The notes beneath the pieces are model-generated. The model was not told the origin of the DNA and made no database searches. It saw only the letters and a list, made by a program, of their open reading frames with translations. Of a DNA stretch of 64,000 nt, positions 50,301 through 61,525 are shown in pieces. The stretch is from Eukaryota sp. TZLM1-RC (Eukaryota; Protista; Metamonada: BaSk clade): NCBI GenBank assembly GCA_040285825.1, contig JAUPSS010000002.1:2728001-2792000 (forward strand). The letters run 5' to 3'. Made by a program: the position numbers and the translations under genes. Each line of letters opens with the position of its first letter. Position 1 is the stretch's first letter.

Positions 50301-53300
50301 TATTAGGATCAAGTAGGAAAACACCTTCAAATAGTACAGAAGAACCGTCAGTAATAAAGTAAGTGGCATCCAAGGTATCATTTAATCCTCTTAGTTTGGA
50401 ATGAGAAGGAAAGATAAAATTCCCATCAGCCAATTCAAGAGTACAATTAGCACATAAAACAATATCAGAATCAAACGAACCACCTCCAGCAATTCTAAAT
50501 TTAGAATCATCAATGACATTAATTTGGGCCTTTGACTCAATAAACCAAGAAATATCAAAATCATTCATCACACTTAAGACTGAATCAGCTGAAGATAAAA
50601 GAAAAGTGGCAACTCCATCAGCACTGTGCCAAACAGAAGGTTGAATAATAGAAATATTGGCAGAACCTAAAACTTCAAACTTTGCATTGTAATGGCCATG
50701 GAAAACACCAGAAGAATCTAAAACTAAGCTACCATGAAGAGCAATATTCGAGTTTGGTAACAAATGCTTGTCTCCATTGCCAAGAAGAAAAGTAACAGAA
50801 GAATGTGAAAGAGTTAAATGGGAGTCACCAGTAGAAATAGACCCTTGGTTAATAAATAATTGTTCCTTAAGAAGTGTTGGATAATTGGTGAAAGAAAAGG
50901 TTCCACTTTCTAAATCAATAAAAGAAACTTGTGTCTCCGAATCTTCAATAACCATTACAGAGTCATTCTTAATAGAAATCAAAGGTAAATACAAATTGTT
51001 CCCTGTGGAGCTGGATTTAATGAGTAAATCACCTCCCATTAAATTAACGTCATAAAGATAGAGAGAATTAACTGACTCAAATAAAGAAGAACCGCCAACA
51101 GACGAAAACTTGGTCAAATTAGTGAATCCTGTAGTAGAAGTGCTAGATTCATAAACAAAATTACCATTCTCAACAAGAATAGAAGTCAATTCAATATCAT
51201 CTGAGTCTTTAAAGTTTAAACTACCATCCCGATGAATGTAAAAAGGATCTAATAAATAATTGCCTGAATAGACAACACTAACATTAGATTTGGTAATTAA
51301 ATAACTAGGAGATTGGCGAATAATTGAATTGGAATCAAAATAATAGTCTACCACTTGATCACAGAAAGGTAAACAAAAAGAATCAAAAATAACAACATTG
51401 CCGATATCTAGAGTAGTGGATTTCAAGTCACTTCCTCCTGTTAAAATTAAAGAATCAGCTATTGAAAAGACAGCATTACCAGAAATAAAAGAATCTATGG
51501 TAGTATTTTGAAGTAAATTAATTGAACAATCCTCAAATTCAAACTCTGATCTTGGAAATTCTACTTGTTTAAAGTGAACAGCACTGGGGACATTGACGAC
51601 ATCCCGGAACAATAGTTGAGATTCACCAAACAAAAGCTCATCAACCTCGGAAGTAAAATCAACCACTTTATTAAAAATTAATTTGGCTTTTGAGGTAATA
51701 GCTTTAGTCGAATTAGTCTCAATTAACAAGGACGAAAGATATTCAGTAGTACCAGACTCTTCAAATGTTCCACCTGAAAAAATGGAATCTTTGTTAATGG
51801 TTAAATGATCAGAACCTTTTCTAATTGAGGAATGATAAAGATTGAAGTAATCATTAATAATAACATTATCTCTTGTATTAAGACTCAGTATAGCTGAATT
51901 GAACAAAGCTAAATGAGGAATAGTTGGAGCAAACTGAAAATTATTTAAGTTTAAATTGCCGAAAAGTTCAATTCCTGGAACATCAAAATCAGATTCAACA
52001 TAAGCAAAAGAAAGGGTACCTTGGTCAGAAATGTAAAGATTGTCCAAAATTTTGATTGATTTTGACCTTGTTTGAGTAAAAGAAACAGGATTAGTTGATT
52101 TCAACTCAAGGTTATTATAAACGGAATCGTCAACCGAATTGAAAACAACTGTACCAGCAGAAATCACAAAATGGGAAACATTAATGGTGTTGACATCAGC
52201 AGCTTCAAGTTGAGCTGAATCAGTAGAGTTTTGAAGGAAATTATGCATTGAAATTAAATCTATTTGTGAAAATGCTGAGCTATATTCATTAATAAATGAA
52301 TTAATTATTAATGAATCAGTAGATGAAACAAGAAAATCAGAATCTACCAAATTAAACACCTCAGAAACTTCAACAAAATCAGAAATAAACTTAAAATGAA
52401 CCACACTAAGAGAATTAATAAAGATATCAGAAGTGAAATTATGAGCTTTTTCAACACCAAAAGTACTATTAACCAATGAAGAAATGTGTGGTATTACAAT
52501 TGATGAAACATCAGTCAGGTTAAATTCACATGAATTAATTTGATAAATAAAAGAACTAGATAGAGAAAGAACTTGATCAAACACAGAGAGGGAATCATGA
52601 GTTTGGTTAAATTCATTGAAGTCTAACGAATCTGTAATATATTTGACCTTCATAGTAGAATTATTTGCTAGATAAGAATCAATAGAAACTGATCTTGAAT
52701 CGGTTAGAACAGTATTGGAATTACGAGATTGATTCAAACTACCAAAAGAAAGTGTTTCAACATCATTTGAAATAAAGTCAGAGGTTACAGATTCCAAAGT
52801 GTTCACAACCAAACTATTCAAACTAGAAGTCTTAAATTGAGAATCCTCATTCATTAAGACTTGGTCAATAGATACTTTTCCCATAGTGTTGAGTTGAAGG
52901 CCAGCACTAAAAGACATTGAAACAAATGGCAGATCTAAATCAGCTGCCATATTGTCCACCATAAGTTTAGCATTAGTTAGCTGTACAATGGGTAGTATCA
53001 AGTTATTCAGGTGAGAATTTACAAATAATCGGGACCTAGTACCAACCAAGTTACTAATAGAAACAAGCCCAGTAAGATTGTGAAAGGTTACACCTCCAGA
53101 AAATTCCAATGAATTAATTAATAAAGATTCTGAATTCCCAATAGAATAACCATTAAAATAACCTCTGTTAATGACAACATGATCTACTTGGATAGGGGGT
53201 AATGATTCAAAGAGTGAAGTTACTCTGTTTAAGTTAATTTCAGATAAGATCCATTTGGTAAAAGGGAAATCTATATTGAAGAAAGTCAATTCACCACTTG

Positions 53301-55257
53301 ACCCAGAAATTTCTGTTATATTTCTAATAAAAGCATCAAAGAATTTCAAAGAACCAAAAGGTTTTGAAATAAATGGAGAAGCAGAATAATTACCGTAAAA
53401 AGAAATTTCACCATTACTACCAGGATTAAGTAAACCTTTGCCATGTACAACAGATCCTTTAACAAAAGTGACTTCATTAGAACCGGTAGAAACAAAAGAC
53501 CTTTCTGCCAGGGAAAAGGTACCATTAATTAAAGGACTATTGGAACTTTGGATTAGGAATTCAGTGTTCGCTTCAAGTGTATAATTGGTGTTGGCAGCAT
53601 AGAAAGAGCTAATATTAGCGTTAAGAATGAAAGCGGAGGAATTAATTGTTAAATTGCCATTAAATGAAAAATCAGCAAATTCGTCCCCAGTAATTAAAGT
53701 AGAATCTTCATTAGGAATAACACACAACCAAGAATTATCAGTTAATTCAACGGTGGAAGAACTCCCTAAATAAAGAGGGATTTGAGAATACATAAAGACT
53801 TGGTTATTAAAAACAATTGAAGTATCACTTTCCATGTTTAGAGATCCATTGAGGTAAGCATTGCCATCGACGATTAGATTGTTCTCTTGGCCAAATATGG
53901 TTGCACCATTGCCAAATACTGGAAAAACATTGAAAACACAAGGTCTTTGAACCAGAATATCTGTATCAACTAAACCATTAAACCAATCAAATGTTTTTTC
54001 CACTCTTATTTGATCAGATCCTAGAACCCGAGGTTCATTAGCACAATATTCCTCACCAATTAATAAATGACGTAGATAGACCGGACCTCCAGAACTAACC
54101 TCGAAAATACCATTATCAAACACAGACACATCAGTAAGAGTAACATTACCAACACTAGGATTAAAAACAAACCTACTATTACCATTTAAAGTAATAGTTC
54201 TAATGGCATTAGTAGAAGGTTGCCATGAAGCACCAGTATTAACTGAAAAAACACCACTATTTACGTTAACCCTAAAGAAAGAAGCTATTCTAAGAGCACA
54301 TGAAGATTGAAACTCAACCAAACTACCAGACTCGGCGTGATTGGAGCTAAATACTCTTACAGAGGACCTAGCTGCAAAGTAAACCTTGGAATTTGATAAA
54401 AGTTGGAGGTTCCCGTCAAAGCGATAACTACCAGCAACAATATAAGTAACGGATCTAGGTACTAACAATACCCCACTAGTGGTACCATAGATATCAGAAC
54501 CTCTTCTGAATTCGCAAGATTTGGTAATTAAAAGAGTATCAGAAAGATCGTAATTACCCATTAATTCATGAGGATTATTGATGACAGCAGTTCCATTGAC
54601 AACTTGAACCAACTGCTGATTGGAAAAGGGTACGTCAACCTCCACGTCATCATTAACAACAAAGTTTCCCAAGTTATTCATGAAGGGTTGTTGGTGGCCA
54701 TTGGGGTCATGGTCTGGGTGGTAAGTAATGAGGGAAGGGGCATTGATAGAAAGAGTTCCAGAGTTTAAAAGAACAGCACCACCTATAAGAGAAAGTGTAA
54801 CAGAAGAATTACCTTCAAAAGCAAGGTTACCTTGATTACCTAGTTGGAGAGCAAGGGTTTTGTTGTAAGGACCAGAGACAAAGGATGATCCGGAGCAAAG
54901 AACGTGGCCACTACCCTTGACCGATCCATGAGTAAAGATGAGGGAGGAAGTTGAGATAGAGGCCCCTGGAGAAAGAGTGAGGGTGACTTCACAGTCTTCG
55001 CTACCGATGTGCAGCGATGATAAAGAAATAGACGAAGAAACAGCGACAGAAAGAGAGTAAGAGCAATTAGCAAGGACAGCTGAGTCTGAGGGCCCAGGAA
55101 GACCATCACTCCAGCAATCAGCGTCAGTCCAAGAGGAACAAGAGATATCCGAAGAATAATAAGTCACTTAGATGAAAGAGAGCGATAGACACATACCATT
55201 AGCAAAAACAAAACAAAGCAGTGACAGCAGAAGCAGCAGAAGCTTTTGCCAGTTCAT
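26389..55257 (-). CDS. Giant (~9,612 aa) cell-surface protein: signal peptide, ~8,400 aa of beta-solenoid-like repeats, Pmp-like GGAI/FxxN beta-helix, Cys-rich ephrin-receptor-like repeats, multi-pass TM C-terminus. Exons 55257-55197 and 55166-26389
   Basis: Uninterrupted 9,592-codon ORF. Upstream exon encodes MNWQKLLLLLLSLLCFVFAN. Motifs GGAIF/FHQNTA/FTLNTA, CPLGSWN..C..C.PG, GYEGPLCSYC; ~8-10 hydrophobic helices at the C-terminus. Confidence 0.92.
55167..55196 (-). other. 30-nt spliceosomal intron
   Basis: GTATGTGTCTATCGCTCTCTTTCATCTAAG contains an in-frame TAA; removing it joins the signal peptide to the giant ORF (AAT G/TG ACT). Confidence 0.85.
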
Positions 55258-55319
55258 TTCAGATAAGTATGAATGTTAAAATGAAAATGAAAGGCAAGAT
55301 ACTTTTAGACAATGTTAGA

Positions 55320-55390
55320 ATTCCAAACTGGTTCGACGTACGTTCGGCTAGTTCGGCATCTTGGTTCGTTTCATTAATGTCAAACCGCTG
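55320..55390 (-). repeat. hAT-like transposon end / GTTCG motif cluster
   Basis: Four GTTCG (55331, 55342, 55351, 55364); the minus strand begins CAGCGGTTTGAC. Confidence 0.45.
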
Positions 55391-55499
55391 TTTATCTTTT
55401 ACTTCCTTATACTTTTACACTATCTATCAACCAACAAAGAAAACTTTTATTCAGAAGGTTCTACAACATTAAATTTTATACTGATTAAACTTGCACACT

Positions 55500-55950
55500 T
55501 AACAAAATAAAATCATAACTACTGGGACGAAATTCATTCAACCAAGATTTTCTCTACAAAATCGTGAACTGCTTGTTGTCTCGCTAAGGCCTCTCTAATT
55601 CGATTGCAAAACCGAAGCAATCTTTTAATTATGGCAAATTGAATTCAGGAGTGTTATAAAAGACATCAAATCTTTTCGTTGTTGTTTCTTGAACCATTTT
55701 TTGGAAATCAGTCAAAATAGTTCTGCCTCTACTGATAGTCTTCCGTTGGAATATGGGAAGGCAATAAAAACAAGTGGTCTATTTCTATCAGCATTAGCTT
55801 CTTCAATATATTTGTCAAATTTTCTATGTTTTTCTCTGGCTTAAAATTCAAGAGCATCTACAGGATTAAGTTTTCTTATTTGAACCAAAGTGTCATTTGC
55901 AACATTACAGGAGACAATGAACTTCTACAACATCTAAATCCAGATCATTA
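55500..55950 (-). mobile_element. RLE retrotransposon 3' fragment (subfamily B)
   Basis: AREKHRKFDKYI..FIAFPYS..GRLSVEAE..KRFDVF..IQFAIIKRL. Confidence 0.78.
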
Positions 55951-56031
55951 ACATATTGATTCACCTATTAGTTGAGGTAAGAAGAAGAGGTTTATGTGTC
56001 GATACAGATTGTTAAACAAATTGAACTACTA

Positions 56032-56132
56032 CAGTGATTGTAACTTACAATAGAAGTTCGGGAAAACGTATTCAACAAGAATTGTGATGACACGTGCCAA
56101 TGAACAAAAACTAGTTCGGCGTACGTTCGAAA
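56032..56132 (+). repeat. Second hAT-like end / GTTCG cluster
   Basis: Starts CAGTGATT; shares CTAGTTCGGC and CGTACGTTCG with 55337-55357. Confidence 0.4.
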
Positions 56133-56428
56133 TTGATCATATGCCAAAAAAATCATTTGCACTATTTTCAAACAACGTATTGCACAAATTCTGATTTGCA
56201 TTTTGTTGAAACTATTTTGAAATCATCTATCGGTATTCAGCAAGGAACTCTCTTAGAACCTCTTTTGTTTTGTATGGCCATTCATCCAATTTTGTTACAA
56301 ATTCAAGCAATGTTTCCTTCATTAAAAATCATTTAAAACGATTTTATTCTTATAACTGACTTCACGAATGTCAGAGAAACATTTTTATATATTAAAGAAT
56401 TATTCAACAGAATTGTCCTTTTACTTAA
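56133..56428 (+). mobile_element. Degenerate non-LTR reverse transcriptase core fragment
   Basis: LKSSIGIQQGTLLEPLLFCMAIHP (decayed QQGDPLxP), then LKII*NDFIL at the YxDD position. Confidence 0.8.
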
Positions 56429-57211
56429 ATGTGTTTTACTTCCAAATTCTCCAATGAAGACGTAGTTATTGGTTATGGTGACTGGAGCGTGAGAATCTAT
56501 ACAAGGAAGGGAAAAAGGACAACCATAAAAGGAACCGAAATTCGCAAACTATTAAGAAGATTTGGTTATCGAATTTTCCTAGTTGATGAATATAGAACGA
56601 GTAAATCTTGTTCCAGTTGTGCTGCCAAAGGAACTTTTGGAGAATGTGTCAACGATACTAGTATTAAAGTGTTAAATCCTAAGGGTAAACGACAACAAAA
56701 AAGAAAAGCAAAAAAGTTAAAACAAGAAATTGATTTATTTAATCAAAAGAATCCTACTAGAAAAAGAGATTTTCAATAAGAATGGGATGAACAGAAGGAT
56801 TCACTAGAAGAAAAAGCAGAATCAACATCGTGGGGTTTAGTGAAGTGTCAGACGTGCAGCACGTATTGGAATAGAAACTTCAACTCTGCCATAAATATAT
56901 ATTCCATTATAACATCTGCAATCAACGGGGAAGGTAGACCATCCATTTTCGAGAGACCAAAAACTCAAACAAAAGATGTTGAAAATGGATCATCTACTTC
57001 GCAGAGAGATCAGAAAAAGAAGACTGCTGAGAAGGACAAAAAACCGAGAAGTTGTGGTTTATGTCGCAGAGAAGGCCACAACAGAAGAAACTGTCCATCG
57101 CAAGTTCCTGAAACAAGCACATCCTCATCGGGTGCTAAAAGAACACAGGGAGGAACTAAAAAGAGAGTAGTCAAGAAGATCTCTGTAGAAGAAAAAATCA
57201 GTCCATCTTAA
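56429..57211 (+). pseudogene. Fanzor1 (TnpB-like RuvC nuclease) C-terminal third with an added CCHC zinc knuckle; one in-frame TAA at 56777
   Basis: VVIGYGDWS, LVDEYRTSKSCSSC (RuvC-II E), WGLVKCQTC, WNRNFNSAINI (RuvC-III D>N), GRPSIFER, then CGLCRREGHNRRNC. ORFs 56429 and 56840 share a frame. Confidence 0.85.
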
Positions 57212-57320
57212 ACGATGTGGCAGCTCAATAGTGTCTGGAGTTGTAATGAAGAATAGATTTCCAATGTAGGTTTGGTAAATGCATTTGGATTTGCACTCAC
57301 TGAGACCACCAAATTAAGGT
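57212..57320 (+). ncRNA. Candidate Fanzor omegaRNA scaffold / element right end
   Basis: Directly after the Fanzor stop; hairpins GCAGCTC/GAGTTGT and TGTAGGTTTGG/TTGGATTTGCA, plus long-range GTGG..CTCA/TGAG.CCAC pairing. Confidence 0.45.
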
Positions 57321-57393
57321 AATATAATGGTATAGGAGAAATTCATTTTTCTACAGGTGCCTCAATATTGCCTGCTCCAGCAAGGTGTCATTA

Positions 57394-59076
57394 ATGGAGT
57401 CCCAGGGTACTTCTTACCCACTCGACAGTATACGAAAATGTAGCCATCCGGTCATCATGGCAATTGAGGTATGCTGTAGGAAGATCTGTTTAACCTTAAC
57501 ATCAATCCATACAACATCAGAGGTAGAGCTTTTCATATCCGTTGATTTAGATGTAACCTCTCACCGATCTGAGGTTTACACCTTTACTGTGTCATCATTA
57601 TGGGAATCTTTAGTCTCAGCCATCTCCCATGTCAAAGATAACGCCTTTCTCTCTCGCATAGTTGCTGTCGTCATCACGGGAGACCCGAATAACATCCTCA
57701 TCATTGACAAGGAGTTTGTTCCCATTTCTCCTATTCTCTATGCAACCTTCCACACCACTTCCCCTCCTCAAATAGAACGTTTCCATTTCCTCAAAAGAAC
57801 AACACCTTCGATAGATCCTGCCAATATTGGTTACATCCTCACAGTCCAAGACTATCTCCGCTTTGTTTTTTCTGGCTGTCCTGTTACATCTGTTTCTGAT
57901 GCATTTGTCTCTGGCCTTTGGAAAGTGCAAGATTGTTGTTGGAATGACGAAATTTTATCCAAACACAACCTGCACAAAGAAATGTTTCCTAGTATTCTAG
58001 ATTCTAGAGCGGTTATAGGTCCAATCTCTAATATAGCTGCCTCTCAACTTTTGCTTCCAGAAACCTGTGCTATAGTTAATGGAGGTGATTCTTATGCTTG
58101 TTCGGCTCTTGGTCTAGGTGTTACTGCTTCAAAGCAAGCAGTTATTCAGTTTTCACAATGTATTTTATTAGTAATTTCTTTACCTCAACCAGTGGAATCT
58201 CCTGTTTTTTGGAGTTTATTCAAACCAATTCCAGCTGTGGAAAGTGGTAAAATATTGGCAACTACTCAATTGCAACACTGGGATATTCCTGAAATTTCGA
58301 TGTCCACGTCACCAACGACGTCATTGATGACGTCATCAACATATTGTCCAGTTAAATACAATCCACTTGATCCACAAGGATTAGATGCTTCTGCGTTATT
58401 TGTACAATCAAACGACTTTATGGATCTTGGATTAAGTTGCTTGAAAAAGTTTAATGATAAGCTTGAACCTTCTCCACCTAGATTGTCTGCAGTGTTTTTT
58501 AATAATATTATAGAGTCAATTCCTTATTCAAAAGCTGGTTCTAAAGGTATTTTATTTATTCCACATTTTCCATCAGAAAGATCTAGAAATGTGAATAATA
58601 TTATAAAAAACAGGTTTATATCTACTTGCCAAATAGAAATTAATACAATCGATAACAATATTTACAAACGTTGTTATTTGGAGTCCCTTATGTTCAGATT
58701 TCGGTTTTGCCTTGATCGCATCCCTATAGAATCAAAACCAACTATTGTTTCTATATCGATTCCATTAAAACTTAATGAATCAAGAAGTAATGTTTTGTTT
58801 GCGTTGGCTCAAATGATTGCTGATATCACGGGTTTGTTGGTTGTTGTTAGTAACAACGGTTCTGCTGGTAAAGGAGCTGGAATTTTGGGAGCTTTTGCCT
58901 TAAAACTGTTTAATTCGTTAGATGAAGCAATATATCAATTGGTAAGTTCGAAATTAATAAGTCCAAATTCAAATAATCAGTATTTGTATAATGCACTTTA
59001 TAATTATTGGCTAGATGTTGTTTGCGGTAAATTGGCGTTACCCTTAGAGGATGATGTTATTCGATCACTGAGTTGA
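57394..59076 (+). CDS. Divergent FGGY-family (xylulokinase-like) protein, probably catalytically impaired
   Basis: QDYLRFVFSG..TSVSDA..GLW..WNDEIL, GGDSYACSALGLG, GILFIPHF..ER, QMIADITG, GAGILG. Confidence 0.8.
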   Translation: MESQGTSYPLDSIRKCSHPVIMAIEVCCRKICLTLTSIHTTSEVELFISVDLDVTSHRSEVYTFTVSSLWESLVSAISHVKDNAFLSRIVAVVITGDPNNILIIDKEFVPISPILYATFHTTSPPQIERFHFLKRTTPSIDPANIGYILTVQDYLRFVFSGCPVTSVSDAFVSGLWKVQDCCWNDEILSKHNLHKEMFPSILDSRAVIGPISNIAASQLLLPETCAIVNGGDSYACSALGLGVTASKQAVIQFSQCILLVISLPQPVESPVFWSLFKPIPAVESGKILATTQLQHWDIPEISMSTSPTTSLMTSSTYCPVKYNPLDPQGLDASALFVQSNDFMDLGLSCLKKFNDKLEPSPPRLSAVFFNNIIESIPYSKAGSKGILFIPHFPSERSRNVNNIIKNRFISTCQIEINTIDNNIYKRCYLESLMFRFRFCLDRIPIESKPTIVSISIPLKLNESRSNVLFALAQMIADITGLLVVVSNNGSAGKGAGILGAFALKLFNSLDEAIYQLVSSKLISPNSNNQYLYNALYNYWLDVVCGKLALPLEDDVIRSLS

Positions 59077-59223
59077 TATATGCTTATTGGTGTGACTTTT
59101 TTTGGTTTAATTTAATTTCATATTTTTGTGTCGTGTTTTAAAAAAGGAAGGTTCCTATTCCATTTTCCTAATAAATAAATGCATAATCTTCATTTTTTCA
59201 ACAGATCATTTAGCTTGTTGACA

Positions 59224-59679
59224 TTAACCCAATTCCAATTTCTTCAACTCTTCATCAATTTCAACCTTTTGGGCAGGGGTTAGATCATCTTCTTCTCCAA
59301 AAAAGTCTCTCACCTCTTCTATGGTCATAACGGAGAGCTGGTCTGCAAATCGTTGAGCACAGAGATCTACTACTTCCTGGAACTTCAGTTTCTCTGCAGC
59401 GAGAATTGTTTCAGCTAGTTCGAACATTCCTACATTTGTAAACTTATCATCGAATTCTAACCTAGATGACATTGAAACGTGTCTACCAGCAGCCTCTTTT
59501 TGTTTGACATCAGAAAGATGTTGTGCATAATACATACACTTGCAGAAGTAGGGCGATTTGATGTCAGTCAAGGTAGTTTCACTCTGTGTCTTTGAAAGAT
59601 TTTTCAAAGTTTCTGAATATTGTAATAAATCATCTGTTACATCAAACTCATCACCTGTTTTAGGACACCTTATAATCAT
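59224..59679 (-). CDS. Skp1-family protein (divergent paralogue)
   Basis: GDEFDV..SETLKNL, FDDKF..LAETILAAEKL..VDLCAQRFAD..TIEEVRDFF.EDDLTP. Confidence 0.85.
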   Translation of the reverse strand: MIIRCPKTGDEFDVTDDLLQYSETLKNLSKTQSETTLTDIKSPYFCKCMYYAQHLSDVKQKEAAGRHVSMSSRLEFDDKFTNVGMFELAETILAAEKLKFQEVVDLCAQRFADQLSVMTIEEVRDFFGEEDDLTPAQKVEIDEELKKLELG

Positions 59680-61126
59680 AATGAGAACTGATAGTCAAAT
59701 AGTATGGGACAGGGTCGAAGTGCTAGCAAGAGAAAACTGTAGATGATGATATCCTTTCTTTCAGGTAGTTCACCTGATTGCAGTGATTGCGGTCACCTAT
59801 AATATTTTTACTGCAATTTGAAGTAGCAACAACAAAATGACTAGATTTTCTGTGCAAAAAGCACCTGTGAGACTGTTAGTGACAATAATCTTCAATTTGA
59901 TATCAGAAAAAGAGGAACAATTATTAGAATTTGCTTCCGCTACAATTGTAACTTCAGACTGCTGCAAATCATACAATTCTAATTTTGCTATTAATTCAGC
60001 ATATCAGACCATTTGATTGTTAGTTCTTTTTCTGATTTGGTTTTTGATGTTTTCAGCAATAATACTGCAAACTCACTGATTTTAGTCCATTTTTATCTCA
60101 GTGCTCAAACATAGATCGTTCTGATCTCTCGTTTCTGTGTTGTCCACTTTCTTCTGTTAACAACACCAAATTTAATAATCAAAGATAGAGCAATGAAGAA
60201 TACAAAGCTATATTGTACAACTGAAACTATTCAACAAAATAATTCAAACGAAAAATAGTTCTAATCTTCATATTGTTTCAACACTTCATTCTATTTTTCC
60301 ACTGCTGACGTCGCCTCTGAGAAACTCCAAAATTTCTAGTAGGAATAATTTGGTATGTTGTGTTTGTGACCGTCAAATAATATACATTGTTCAACCTTTT
60401 TTGATTTTCTGTTTTACGGAGACAGAGTTTCAAAGCTTGTGACAAAATTATTGATCATGATTTAATCTACAAAGCTCATTACAGTTAAGGCAAAGCAAAA
60501 TATCATCTAGTTGAATTGTAATTATTGATGTCATTGAAATTCACATATAATGTAATTTGGATTTTTCTATTGAAAAATAATATTGTTAGTCTGTTGGTAT
60601 TGGGAGTAAAAACTTTACGAAAGTGTATTTTGATCAAGAAGGAAACACTTTCAGATCAAATACGTGGTTTCCGAATAGGTGGTGTTCCTTAAACTCTGAT
60701 TATACAATTCACAACTTTGTTTTGAAAAACAAAAGTTCATTGTTTATCACATCTTGTCCGCAACAAAAATCAGTTGTAGTTCATATCAAATGTTTTTCAG
60801 GCACGCAATGGCAAACAAACCGGAGATTTGTGTTGATGAACATTCACTCTTGTCCACAATCTGATCTTCTAATCGATGTCTTGCCATCTGTTCTAATCAC
60901 ATCAACTAATTTTTCCATCAAATCAAATTCCATTTTACTCAATTGATTGTGACAACAGCACAAACTACAAAAAATTTAAAAGTAAAGTGCGAACTGGCAT
61001 TGCAAATGGCACACCAGGTTCCAAGTTGTGCCTCTTCTGCTCTGAGTGTTTCACTGGGTGAAAGTGTTGAAACGCCCATGTGGTTTCAAACACTGCTTCA
61101 AGTATTACCCAAATGCAAGTTTATTT

Positions 61127-61458
61127 CAGCTAGGAAGTGTTGAGCATGTAAAGTATCAGCTGATTCCATTTGCTGTTTCTCTTTTTGGTAACATTGGAAT
61201 ATCTGGCATTAAATTTCTCGAAAATTTCAGAAGTTTAATAAAAGAAAGAGCAGGAAAAGAATTGAACTTTAATTTTTGGCACAATAGAATTGTTTTCAGT
61301 ATTCTTAAAGCAATTCCAGAAATGCTGACCAAAGCACTGTTACAATTAGGAATAGAGTATGAAAATCGCGCGCTTAAAAGATTTGATGATGTTGATGCGT
61401 GTATTGAGGATATTGAGTTCTATTTTTTTGATGTTTTGTTAGCGTTGAAAATAAACAT
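61127..61458 (+). mobile_element. RLE retrotransposon 3' end (same subfamily as 7070-7365) that has lost its stop codon
   Basis: QLGSVEHVKYQLIPFAVSLFGNIG...ACIEDIEF, followed by TAT where the other copy has TAG; AATAAA at 61450. Confidence 0.88.
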
Positions 61459-61525
61459 CAATGATCCTTTTCTTCACATTGTATCTGAATCACCCCATCA
61501 AACGACAAACAACTGCATTGCCAAT

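Noticed and set aside
26703-55109. Many 60-140-aa ORFs overlapping the giant gene (likewise within SERCA, DNAI1 and pol)
   Set aside because: Shadow frames produced by codon bias of the main ORFs; no recognisable motifs.
57330-57356. Possible intron GTATAG...CTACAG upstream of the FGGY gene
   Set aside because: Donor and branch do not fit the local consensus, and splicing from the adjacent ATG does not enter the FGGY frame.
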